From the NCBI RefSeq assembly GCF_040938485.1, contig NW_027271266.1, positions 434,001 through 498,000 on the forward strand: a stretch of DNA of 64,000 nucleotides, read 5' to 3'. Below the pieces are notes generated by a model. It was given only the letters and a program-made list of their open reading frames with translations, was not told where the DNA came from and made no database searches. Below are positions 39,602-51,315 of the stretch, piece after piece. Made by a program: the position numbers and the translations under genes. Source of the DNA: Diadema antillarum. Taxonomy: Eukaryota. Numbering within the stretch: the first letter of the stretch is position 1; the number at the start of each line of letters is the position of its first letter.

Positions 39602-39907
39602 CTGGCTTGGAGGTGTCCCCCTGACCCCGCTTGGCACGCATGCAGTAGTCCCAGCGAACCTCCGGGTTTTTGATGAAGCGGCCGAGGTGCTCGAAGAGGT
39701 CTGCGAAGGACAGGAGTGAGGCCTGGTAGACAGTGTAGTACAGCATGGCGGAGCGCCACAGGCATGGGTCATCCCGGCCCAGGACACTGTGGAGGCTAGC
39801 CAGCCCTTCCTCTGTGGGGTTCATGGGCAGCAGGGCGTGCCGCTTGCGACCGCGATTGTTGTGCCACGGCTGGTAGCGGTTGTTGGCGCTGCGTATGTAG
39901 TGAGTAC
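39602..39907 (-). CDS. MATCAP: MATCAP-family gene, exon 3
   Basis: Acceptor ATCACAG|GT, donor CCAG|GTCAGT, phase 1-1. Encodes (G)THYIRSANNRYQPWH...NPTEEGLASLHSVL...VRWDYCMRAKRGQGDTSKP, completing the HEIGTH (HExxxH) metal-binding motif. Confidence 0.95.
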
Positions 39908-40395
39908 CTGTGATGATACCCATTGCAAAGAAGTGGTTGAACAGCATTAGCGATTTTCAAAGGATGAAGAGGAGTTTGCACTTTCTGGATATTTGATAAA
40001 TGGTAATATACTTAGGCCTGAACACACAGGTGTCTTTGTCTACAACTACTACAAAAACAACAACACCAACAACAATAATAACAACAATAACAACAAAACT
40101 GAGGGTAGTTTGATGAATTTAGTTACAGATATTGTTATCTGCTTGCTGATCACCAATTTAATGCTTCAACTAATTTACAATTTATGAATTTACAAATGAT
40201 CAACTATTAATGGTCAGTCATATTCTTCCTCCAGAATAAAAAAAGAAAAGAAAAGACAATCACTCCAGATTATGTTAGTATAATGCTTGAAATACAGCAC
40301 CAGTGGGTTGAGAGTTTTGAAACATAAAGTGAGAAGATAATGTTTAGCAAACAGTCAAGAAACTTGGCTGTGGTAACCCCAGTTGTCATTCTCAC

Positions 40396-40672
40396 CTATC
40401 TCATGCTGCAGCAGGCCCCTGGCCCAGCCCTCTCGTAGCACTTTACTGTTGACATTCATGGTGGGGCGTGACCGCAGCCGAGTCATTACTGCTCTGGATA
40501 GAAGGTCCGGTGTCAGGTTCAAGTGGACCTGGTTCTCCAGCCCCTCGGCTGACACAAAGTCCTTGAAGAGCCAGCAGAACTCAGTGTGTGTGAGGCGCTT
40601 GCCTGCAATGGCTTCCTCAAAGGCCTCATAGCTGCCATATTTATCGAGTGCAACCTCCATGATCTTTAAAGC
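40396..40672 (-). CDS. MATCAP: MATCAP-family gene, exon 2
   Basis: Acceptor ACAAACAG|GCT, donor ATAG|GTGAGA. Encodes ALKIMEVALDKYGSYEAFEE...LREGWARGLLQHEI(G), matching the MATCAP catalytic domain as I recall it. Confidence 0.95.
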
Positions 40673-41568
40673 CTGTTTGTTCAGTTAAATGGGACAAAAA
40701 GAGAAGATGTCATTAACATCACACAAAACTCGCAGGATGGTAGCCATGTGTATGGCAGTTTTGTGACTGTGTATATCAATAATAAGTAGCTCTCTGGCAA
40801 ATTAAGGATGTTGAAAGGAATTGGCATGTTTGCAGCTCTGCCTATTAACAAAAAAAAATAAAAATAGAAATTACTTAAGTAAAAAAAATTATCACAGCAA
40901 GGCTGCACACTGGCACTGGTCCGATGATCCCTGACCAGTAAAAATCACTGTTGGACCAGTAACTTTTAAAGGAATTTACCACTGAAAAACTGAAAAACTG
41001 GATAACTACTGGACCAACGGACAGGTCAGATCAGTACAACAAATGGGTAGTATGTAGCCCTGCATAAAAGATATAGTATCAAATTTGCCAGTACAGGCTG
41101 CACCTCAATGCTACATAAATTTCATCCAAATGAGTAGTGCCATTGTGAGGCATTGACTGTTAGTGTATTGGTACCTGAATCGATTCAGTTCTTGACCAGA
41201 GAAGTAACTTCTTGGAGTTGGAAGGTTGCAAACATTCTGACATTTTGAGTACATCCTGTCACTGAATACTTGTAGTTGTACATCTAAAGTAAATCTATAA
41301 CTGAATCTAAACTATTTTCAATTTCATTAACACTAGTATGAACCTGTTCAAGAAAAGTCCAAAGTATTGCTGGTGTCGACAGGAAATGCCTGTTGTGGCA
41401 GAATCAGCCTGTCCTCAACGGGTTAATGAGGGCAAAATACAAGCCGTAAAAATATCAATGAACACAAAATATCCTTTACGGCAATATTACTTTTTCTTTC
41501 TTATTTGTTGTGTGTGTGTGTTGGGGGGGGGGGGAACACAATGTACATCCATACTGATTGATACATAC

Positions 41569-42242
41569 CTGAGGGGCAAGTTTATGGGACGCCAAGCTGT
41601 AACTCTTCATCACCTTTTCGGATGCTGGATGATCATACTCAAACTGCGGGTTATAGCGCCCACGTAATCGCATGAATTTTTCTTTCTCCGACAGTACATT
41701 ATTTGGCTTAATTGCTTCTAATATGTACACAGATTTCGACTTCTTTGGCTTTGGTTTGTCGACATCTTCAGCTGAATCTACACGCTCACTTTGTCGTCCT
41801 TTCTCAGTCCTTCGTCTAGTTGTTTCAGTTGAGGCTTCGTGCAAATATTTACTGATTTTGACTTGGGCTTGGCTGTCAACAGTTGATCCATTGGATTTCA
41901 AACGAGGTAGCTTAATATTTTATTCGATTGTCCAGTCTTCGACTTTCCTTGGGTGAGAGGCAATGATTTTGACGGCCCTTGCATGGGAGTCGCAGCGGCA
42001 TGATGCTGACTTGTACCCGTAACGTCAGTTCCGCTGGTTCGTCGTCCGGCTTTGGCAGTCCCAGCACGAGAAGTGGTGGGTGGGACTGGTCTAAGTTGCT
42101 GAAGGCTCGAGTTGGAATTTTTGCGAGTAATACTCCTCGGTCTTGTTCGATGTAGTTTATTTCTCGATAGTTTCCCTCTCCGACTGAGTTGGTGAGTTTT
42201 TACAGAACCAATCTCACTCCTTATGGGTTCGACAGCAATCAT
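41569..42242 (-). CDS. MATCAP: MATCAP/KIAA0895-family tubulin carboxypeptidase, coding exon 1 (contains an apparent 1-nt frameshift at about 41918-41921)
   Basis: ATG at 42242 opens a basic low-complexity N-terminus (MIAVEPIRSE...). A second frame from about 41919 gives ILEAIKPNNVLSEKEKFMRLRGRYNPQFEY...LAPQ and ends at donor CAG|GTATGT (41569/41568). The exon is 674 nt with phase 0 at both ends, one base short of a multiple of 3. Confidence 0.85.
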
Positions 42243-42252
42243 GACCTTGGAG

Positions 42253-42319
42253 TTAGATTTTCACCATGGGCGAGACTCTTCTATCGCACCATTGTTCCTC
42301 ACTTGTAATCGCGAATCAT
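42253..42319 (-). promoter_or_regulatory. three tandem upstream micro-ORFs in the putative MATCAP 5' leader
   Basis: Minus strand: ATG ATT CGC GAT TAC AAG TGA (42319-42299), ATG GTG CGA TAG (42292-42281), ATG GTG AAA ATC TAA (42267-42253). The main ATG is at 42242. The transcription start is unknown. Confidence 0.45.
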
Positions 42320-43059
42320 AGCAACGTCAATAAACAAATACGTGGGATCGTGATCCCGTGTTATGTTTTGGCGGAGGTGCAGCTGACGATGTGAGGGCGA
42401 CATACATTTAACTGTGTAGCGAGGTGCCGTGAATGAGCAGGGTTAAGGGGAAAAAAAAATTATAGCTCTTTATTACCCACTAGATCTCTTTATAATAATT
42501 ATAATATTAAGGACCAGAGACCCATATCGGTAACCATGGCCTTACCCTGGAATACATGTTCCTGCATGTACCAGTATTATTTTGGAGCATTTTAAACACG
42601 CTAGCTAGCGAGTGGGTGCATTGACTGGGGGGGGGGGGGGGGGGTGGGGGTGGACAGGTGTGGTGGGCGTATCCCCCCTCCCGCACGGGGGAGCTTTGGC
42701 ACTTTTATAATTTAGGAATCTTGTGCCTTTTTTGTAATATTTGGAAATTTGTCAATCCCAAAGTAAGAAATATCAATATTCAAGGACAATGTGATTGACA
42801 ATGTAGTATCTGTCACCTCATTTGTGCATAGATCTGCGTTTTCACCATGTGATAAATCTGGAGATGGGACGGAAAGGGGTCAGCAGCATCCAATGGCAGA
42901 TAAACACTTTCAAAACTAAGCTTTGGGAAACAATTCAGAAGAGAAACACACAATCTAATATAGTCCCTCTGGACCTGTACAAGCAAAAGAATGGGACTCA
43001 ACTCTAAAATGTAGGCCCTACTATTAAAGTACAATGAACACACTCTCTCGAGCGGTAAT

Positions 43060-43453
43060 GTTCTTCTTGGTCATTTATATCCCTTCCCGAGGATCAGGAC
43101 CACGAATGGATTGGATTGGATTGGATTTAGTGGTTCACAATATACAATCATTGCTTTTTAGTGAACCTCTCAGTTCTCTGTTTCCCCTCTAAACATATCT
43201 TAGTTTTGCCGGCATGTATGTATGTATGTATATCTCTCGTTTCGCATATTGTAATGTATGTATGCTTATGATGATAATAAATTTCTGATTTTTTTCTGTG
43301 TTATGTTTTGTTGGAAGAAAAATGAGAATAAAAATAAAATGAAAATAAATGAATTGAATTGAATTGTATCAAATTGAATTGAATTAAATTAAATTAGATT
43401 GAATTGAATTGAATTGAATTGAATTGAATTGAATTGAATTGAATTGAATTGAA
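43060..43453 (+). mobile_element. probable LINE 3' UTR ending in (GAATT)n
   Basis: AATAAA-containing segment followed by a long (GAATT)n tail at about 43350-43453, analogous to the 62330 tail. Confidence 0.45.
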
Positions 43454-44181
43454 TAGAGACAGAGCCAGATGGTGTTGGGTAGGGTCTGGGGATACCACCT
43501 CCCACACCAGGAAACTGAATTTGCATTCTTATGACTCGAACTTCAACGATCTGGTTCACACTTTAGGGGAACTATTAAGCAAATTCTCATTCAAAAAGTG
43601 AGAAAAACATAAACATTCAGGACAATGTAAATGGCTAAGCGATCATGGTACTTCAGCACGCGTGTCTTTTACTGTGAACCAAGTTTTTGGAAGTGAAACA
43701 AGGGGGGAGGATGAATTCCCCCCTTCCCCCACCAACACCACATGAGAGAGCATTTGTATTTTCACATTTGAAATCTAACAATCTGATACACACTTTGGGT
43801 TGAATTTTAAGAAAATTTTCAATCGGAAAAGTTAGAAAAATAAACATTGAGGGACAATTTGAATAGCTAATCATAGTGGTGTATCATGCATTGTGTGTCT
43901 TCACTGTGTACTACTTGTAAGTCCATATACAGTGTACAGAGGTGTATGATAGCGTTCACCTGCAAATGACAAAGTAAATGGCAGTGAATGGAAAGGTAAT
44001 AGATAATCACGATAATGCCATGTGTCACACAGGGTAACAAGATGTGCGAAGTTTGATTATTTTTTTTTTGTATAATACTGTAAAGAAATCCGATTTCTAT
44101 ATGAAATCATATTGAAGAAAATGAATCAAACAATCAATAAAATAATCAATCAAACAAACAAACAAACAGATTACAAGAAAT

Positions 44182-44183
<2 letters not shown>

Positions 44184-44233
<50 letters not shown>
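44184..44233 (+). repeat. (CA)n microsatellite
   Basis: Pure CA run. Others lie at about 16722-16754, 45960-46045 and 58786-58828 (GT), with (GTT)n at about 53758-53805. Confidence 0.95.
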
Positions 44234-44235
<2 letters not shown>

Positions 44236-44476
44236 GCTTGCTTGTTTTTAGGAGAAGCTCAGTCCAAGTCAGAGACTGATGTGAGATGATCCATATCTTA
44301 CGATTGGATTTTTTTCAACTAAGTGAGAACTAACCACTGAACTTGGTCACGATCACTCCAGTCAGGTGTATTACAGTTGTTTATTGAGCAAAGGCAAACT
44401 TGTCAATATTTCCCCTAGACGGCTTGTTTGGAGAGTCATGTGAAGAGTGTGGTCGCAAAACGAGTTTTAAAACATT

Positions 44477-44879
44477 TTAAAGGGATGGTACAGTTTTGGT
44501 GGAGATGAGAATTGTGCTTTTAACTTTTTGCGAGATACAAAGAAAACACTTATGATATAGAACTGAGCATACCATTTTAGGAGAAATTCAAAGTTTATTT
44601 GATGAAAATCGGGTTTGGAATGACTGAAACATCCAAAAACAAAGTACAACAAAGTGATCATAATAAAGTGTGGGTCCCACACTTTATTAGAAGCGCTCTT
44701 TTTTTTTGATATTCAAAACCAATTCAAAACCATTTCAAAACCAATTTTCGTCAAATAAACGCTGAATTCCTCTTAAAATTACATGCTATTTCACATTTCA
44801 TAAAAAGTTTCTCATTATCTCATCAAAAATGTTAGAAATCTGAAATTACATCTCAACCGAAACTGTACAATCCCTTTAA
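44477..44879. mobile_element. Kolobok-type MITE (family C)
   Basis: TTAA-AGGGATGGTACAGTTTTGGT ... AACTGTACAATCCCT-TTAA. Confidence 0.8.
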
Positions 44880-45996
44880 AGTCAGTCCATCATCAGATAG
44901 AGCTCAATAAAACCTTTCCAATGATACCTCACTTATTGCAATCACCAAGTAATATTCTTGAAAATATGATTCAAAATTTCATATTTCATTTTCTTATCAT
45001 TTTCTTTGTTTATTCACAACTTTAATAGTAAACATCGTAAATTAACAAGAATGGAAGTAACTCGCTTTACAATCAGACTCTGCATGTTGTGAAGCGAAGT
45101 TCATGGATTCCTTTCATTATGTCTACAACCACCTGCAGTTTTGGTTGCGAATTATTTTGTTCGGAAAAAATAGCTTTTCATGACTTATTATTGACAAAGT
45201 AAAATTCTTGGCACTCTTTTTTTTTTTTTTTTTTTTGGTTTTGACTCAGCTATCGTGGCACATTGTCTTCAGAAGACCAAGACTTATGGATACCGATATC
45301 TTAGACAGAAACGATCATTTCTCTCCACGGAACTCTGATATACTCTTATAGGCATTGTTTACCATTTGCAGATTAAACAAAAATCCAGCTTTAGTCAGTG
45401 TTAGTGCTTCAAAATAGCTATAACGTGTGAATTAGGGATAGAAACAACCAATGTAAAAAAAAAAGTTAATCAGTATAGTCAATATCATGTATTGTTATTG
45501 TAAAAAATATGACCAATACTTAAAATAAAATTGTTTCTAGACTAAACCGTCTACAGATACGGTCTGTGAGAAAAATAATCATATCTTCTTATATTATTCT
45601 AGGCTTTATTGTAAAATTTGTATATGAGAGGATGTTTTGTGATACGACCGACTTACACATATGCAACAAAATTTAATGTGATAACTCGAACATTTTTTTA
45701 AATCACTGCTCCCAATGGTAAACAGTACATTTAATCTCTGAAGTACAGTAATTGTTTTGTCTCAACCCGATCTTCAGGCACTGCTTCTCCTTTCCTATAT
45801 AAAAATTTTAAATTTTGTTTTGGAAGTGGAATGAAGCTTAACTCTTTTTTTCGTATTATCTGTTCCGTCCGCTTCATTCTTCATGCTCCTTTCTGTTTAC
45901 GCATGAAGTTGTCACTATTGGTTCGAAGAACGAACTTTTTTTAGAAGTTACAAACAGACAAGCACACACACATACACACACAAACACACGCGCACG

Positions 45997-46033
<37 letters not shown>

Positions 46034-46812
46034 CACACACACACATACATAAATCATGGAACTCATTTTCATTTGTCTTTGAATGCTTTGGGAGTATTCT
46101 GGGCGCCTTTTACAAAATAATAATAGTAATGATAATAATAATGATAATCCCCAGGGTTCTCATAACATTGATCCATAATCATGATGATTATACATGGGTG
46201 TTTTCCACGTGTTACTTCTATAATGCTATATCTATATGAGCCGATATTTCGTAATAATAGTAATACATCAGTGTATGCATATGCATGTGTACTCTGTATA
46301 TTTGTAATCAAGATATTTTTTTCTGTCTGTGTATCAGATTGAACATACATATACATCACAGTGTATATGGGCCCTATTATACATACATATAATACATACA
46401 TATATGCGTACACATGGTTAGTGCAGTGTGATGACAGCACGGGAAAGGTAGTGACGAATACTAACTACTGTCATGATTATAGAAAATTAGTACTGCAGGT
46501 TGCACATTTTTGAGCTGCAAAGTCAACGTAAGAATCTGGCAACAAATACATAACTTATTCTGTTCGACCAGAACATTTTCAGTCGGCAACGCATTTGTGC
46601 ACCGAATCATGAATAACCATAGACTTTCGAAGCAGTGTGCCTTTACATATCATCGTAATAAGACATTACCAATACTCAGTGCAGTCAAGAATAACAACTC
46701 AAAACCTCAAATCAGTCAACAAATTCTAATCTCAGTGGATTTCATTCCTCTGTCGGCCATAGTGACTGTCCGCCATGGGCTTTTCTTTCGGCAGTTGCCT
46801 TTACTTGGAAAA

Positions 46813-49111
46813 TTAAAGTTCACATAAGAAGCCGATCGCCAAAAACTGGACTGTTTGTGTTTTTGAAAGGCTTATTAACCATACTTTCCTATCTCACATC
46901 TTTCAAACCCCTAAAAAGGTTGGTTTTTGAGGAATATGCGTTCAAATTTCGTCAAAATATCGAAGCCTTATTCCCCGTTGAGTCAAGACCCCTAGATTAT
47001 GATGTCACGTAAGGGTATTCCCTCTTATGTCCACGCAAATGCAGTGCTGTCAAAGCTTTAAAATTGCGTCATATCGCTCTCTTATGATGGATTTTATGTT
47101 CTAATTTGTTTAAGAATTATTAGAAAAAAATGTTCTAGTGAACGATTTTTTGATACATCACATAATATTCAGAAAATTTAGAATTTTGAGAGGACTTTTT
47201 TAGTTTTATTTTGGTTGGAAAAATAACGTCCCGCGTAAAAGATTAATCCGCGAGTGATGCGACTCTGTACGTGCCAGCGCGCGGTACGGTGCGGACGCCA
47301 GATGCTGCCAGCAAAGAGCTACCTCTGTGTGTGTGTGTCACTACGTGTGTGTGTGTATGTGTTGTGTATGATGTGCATATCGAGGCAGGAAACTGGGCTG
47401 GTGTCGCTTGCGATAGCTCCTATAGGCCTACAACACGCATCACAGCATAGCACGCACCCTGTACTGTACATATCGGATACAGTCACGCTCACAAATCACG
47501 TACGTCTTGCAAAACAACCAGACTAAATTTCTGTCTACTATTATTAGTTTACTTGTGGATTGGTTATGATCTTATCGTTGTTCATTTATATGGCATTTAT
47601 ATTTCGAAAGTGCACTCGCGATGCTCGAGTCACTGGCACTATAAAGCCGAGAAGTCGGTTGTGAATACAATCATGTCCGCTTAGCCAAAGTGCGAACGTA
47701 ACCATGCTCGCCATGCCGGCTGCCCTGGCTTGCAATCGCGATGCTCTCTCGTCCGCTCGGCTCCCCGAATTTTACCGGCGGGGCTGCCTAGCTGCTGCTA
47801 GCTAGCTGCGCCTGCATACATACGCGGGGTTCGTACGTGTTGTAGGGCGCTCAATACGGTACATGTGAATCGAATGTAAACTGAATACCGAGCACGTACG
47901 TACGCACGCAGCGCACACAGGGTATGACAACACATAGGGGGAGTGGCTTCTGCGCTTGTTACGCGTATTTTCTAACCGCTGTACGCTCATTATCTGATCG
48001 CTGGAGATCCACACGCGAATGCAGCTTTTCGGCGTTGTTTGCAAACATGATTTGGGTCACATTTTCATGCGTGCTCGTAAAAAAATGGGGTGATATTGCT
48101 GTGATTTCAAAGTTAAATTTCTCAAGATAGAAACATCATTTCGCCATGAAATTTGAAATATGTCTTAATGAATATGTCTAAAATCGAGACGAGGAGCATC
48201 CCCGTCGTTTGCCATTCCATCTCCATCGAAAGGCAGCGGCTCATAGGGTTGCGGCACCCGTGGCCCTGCCGCTGCTTCCCCGGCTGGATTGACGTCGACA
48301 GCACCTTGCTCTCCCACTTCTCCATCGTCCTCTCCCCAGCTTACATCTTCCCAACTTCCATCGTCCTCGTCTATATTCTCGTCCCCTTCTCTGCTTTTGT
48401 CGCTTCATTCCTCTTCACTAACGTACTCCTCAAAGTCCATAAAAAGATCACTCTGATAACTCACTGTTCTCGGCCATTTTCGGAAGGAGTGAAAGCTCAA
48501 AATTGATCGACGCGAAATTTCGAAACGAACCGCTATGAAAAAGTTACGATGATACAAATGTGAACCGCACGTACGTACGTACAATGCATACGATACGAGC
48601 TGCGAGGTGATACGTCATACCGACCGACGGCCGACCGGATCTACTTTCGCACCAAAACTATGAGGAGAAAATTGTGATAATTGTGTGAAATTTGGGCTTG
48701 TTGCAGATCATAGTAATACAAAATAATTGTTTGAGAAGAAGCAGTTCATGATAATACTATTAAGTGTAGACAAACAGTAAAGAGTTGGTGTCAAAAGTAT
48801 AAATAGCAGAGATTTCAGACTTTGAAAAAAAATTGACAGAAATTCTTTCCCGATGCCAAATGCTTTTCTACAGAGCATCCGGGGCCCGTGGCTCTAACTA
48901 CCCTGGCGTGACGTCACAACTTTTGGAGTCCCGTACTGTGGCTGGTTTTCGAGGGGGAGGGAGGGGGATGTTTGGGACTTGCAAATAGCGGATATCTAGA
49001 TGCTTGCGGGGATTTGAGCCAAACTTTTTGCATAATTGGTCAATTACCAACATATATTTCATCTACAAACGAATTTTACGAACATTTATTCCCTTCATAT
49101 AGGATCTTTAA
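46813..49111. mobile_element. TTAA-flanked Kolobok-type element of about 2.3 kb with a decayed acidic ORF
   Basis: TTAAAGTTCACATAAGAAG at the left versus TTAAAGATCCTATATGAAG (reverse complement of the right end). Subterminal (T)GATGTCAC/TGACGTCAC motifs and a CpG-rich interior. The minus strand at about 48170-48440 gives MDFEEYVSEEE*SD...PQPYEPLPF. Confidence 0.55.
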
Positions 49112-49506
49112 CGAGCATGAGGAGTCTATCAGTGAAATAAGCCAAATAGTGCTTGAAAAGACAACTTATGTGGTTATAACATAGAAAGCAGAGACACATT
49201 GTATTTTGCACACATTATGCAGTGAAAGACGCCAAACGTGTCATAGCAAAATTATATTTACTAAGATTTCGTTTCACCACTTCTGTTCAGTTTCTCATCG
49301 CTATTATAGGTGGATTTTCAGTTACAAAGCATATCACCATCGTATACGGACAAAATCATTATCTCAATCATAAAAAGAAGGATGTAGGTATGTGTAACAA
49401 AACATGGGTTCTATATGTTGAAACATTCAAAGAAGTAAAATAAATTTTGAAATGGTTATCATCTCTTACACTGAGTCGATATTGGGAGTGGAAAAAGGCA
49501 CGCGAT

Positions 49507-49892
49507 TTAAGGGATGATATAGTTTTGGTTGAGATGGGAATTTGGATTTCAACTTTTTTGCGAGGCAATTAGAAATCACTTCTTTGAAATATAAAAGGTC
49601 ATACGATCTAAGTGGAATCAAAAATTCATTTCATGAAAGATGGTTTTGAAATTGTTGAGCTATCAAACGATTAAAACAAACTTATCTTTATAAAAGGTGA
49701 GACCCACCTTATATTAATTGGACCGCTTTGTGTTTGGAAATCTCAGCCATTTCAAAACCGTCTTTCATCAATGAAACTTTTGATTCTTCCAAGAATATTG
49801 TATGCCCTTTCATAATATAAATGGTTTCTAATTATCTCACAACCGGTCAAAATCCGAATCCCCATCCCAACCAAAACTATACCTCCCCTTAA
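49507..49892. mobile_element. Kolobok-type MITE (family C)
   Basis: TTAA-GGGATGATATAGTTTTGGTTGAGATGGG ... CCCAACCAAAACTATACCTCCCC-TTAA. The interior is shared with the 44477 and 14830 copies. Confidence 0.75.
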
Positions 49893-49984
49893 ATGTACAT
49901 TTAGTTTTACGTGGACAACAAGGAAGCAAAGAATGCTTGTACTCAAGCAGCCGTGGAGAAGATGACTTAAAATTCATTTTCAAG

Positions 49985-50090
49985 GAAGAGGCGACGATGA
50001 TAAAGTGCCTTGCCTACGGGCAATTTAGTAAAACGGCTGCCGACAGGGAACTCTAGTCCGAGACCTTATGATTGATAATCCATTGTCTTA
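49985..50090 (-). mobile_element. decayed SINE fragment
   Basis: GATAAAGTGCCTTGCC is the reverse complement of the GGCAAGGCACTTTATC SINE core. Confidence 0.45.
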
Positions 50091-50127
50091 TATCAGCAGG
50101 TTTCATCTTCTTCAGCTGATCGTCAAC

Positions 50128-50364
50128 TACCGTACAACAAGATAATCATATTCGCGGCATGAAATTTTCACGAATTGTGTAATGGAGCCAACGCCCCTTG
50201 GGAGCCAAAGCCTCTTTTTCACGGCATGAAAGTTTCGCGAATTGCCATTGGCATTTAGTGCAAATACTGTAGACAAGAACTTATGCGTTCATTTTTAACA
50301 TTTCGCGAACCTTGACTCTCTCGAAATTAGAATGCACGCGAACATTATTCCTCGTTTTACAGTA
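50128..50364 (-). mobile_element. MITE family A (diverged copy, just 3' of the Frizzled-CRD gene stop)
   Basis: Ends ...ATGCACGCGAACAT...TTTTACAGTA; colinear with 16423-16633 but with indels. Confidence 0.75.
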
Positions 50365-50440
50365 ACCGAGTTTAGAGGAAGTTGGACGCGCTCTTAACCA
50401 GAGGGTAAACTCTAGAAAGTGATGGGTAATAGAGTAAGCT

Positions 50441-50814
50441 CTAAGGCATGCCAAGACAGGTGGAACTTTCAGAGCTGCTCTGGAAGAAGTTACACATGAT
50501 GTCATGAAGGTTGAGTACAGCAAACGCATACTCGCAATCCCGCTTCATCCGATAGCACACCTCTCGGCAAGGGAGTGGGCTCGGCTCCCGAGACCACGAC
50601 TCCGTCGAACCACTTTCCACGCAACCACTCGGGTAGGCTGTCGCGCAAATCAGCACCTTGGCTGCGTAGGGACTGCAGGCGACGTAAGCTTCAAGGAGAG
50701 ACCAAGAGGTGAAAAATGGCGTCGCCGAAGCTTCCACCAGCCCTTCCGATCTGTTATGTGGGAGAACCGCTCGACACTCGGATGGGATCAGTCGACAATC
50801 TCCAATAGTCCCAC
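50441..50814 (-). CDS. Frizzled-CRD/EGF protein, exon 8 (Frizzled CRD 2, terminal)
   Basis: Acceptor TTTTTGGACTTTTAG|GT. Ten cysteines: CRLIPSECRAVLPH...CSPYAAKVLICATAYPSGC...PLPCREVCYRMKRDC...MCNFFQSSSESSTCLGMP-stop (TAG at 50443-50441). Confidence 0.9.
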
Positions 50815-51315
50815 CTAAAAGTCCAAAAATAAAGTTCAGAGTTGATTTGCAGTGGTATAGCTATCAGTAGACAATGAGATTTCTAAACGAAATCATAGGT
50901 TTGTGTGATTATAATTATGCTGGATACGGATGAAGTTGTCTTCATTATCATACGAATAATATTCGGGTAAAATATTCATTATCGGAAGGATTATATTTAC
51001 GGGATATCAATACATTACAAGCGAAATTCGGCAGACCGTTCAGCATGAATAATTGCAAAGGCATCAAAATGTCTTGAAACCTTTATTTTGATTAATACTT
51101 TATGGACTTAATTATATTTTAGCTTGTGTACATCACTGGCATAGTGAATGGCTATAAACAACGATTCGTTTTTTATGACCGATTTTGATACAATCATGTA
51201 TAATCATGTGAACGTACGCATACAAAGTATTCATGTATATAGATTTTGATTCATCGAGATAGTATGATAAAAGCGTGTAAATTGAATCTGTTTGACTGGA
51301 CTTATTCGTGAAAAC

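Noticed and set aside
41905-41930. Programmed ribosomal frameshift in MATCAP
   Set aside because: There is no X XXY YYZ slippery site or obvious stimulatory structure; a homopolymer indel is simpler.
48153-48506. Hydrophobic + strand ORF resembling a membrane protein
   Set aside because: It is the antisense of the purine-rich acidic ORF remnant inside the TTAA element.
50092-50120. Second hammerhead-like core (minus strand CUGAAGA-AGAU-GAAAC)
   Set aside because: No helix II can form; probably chance or a collapsed remnant.
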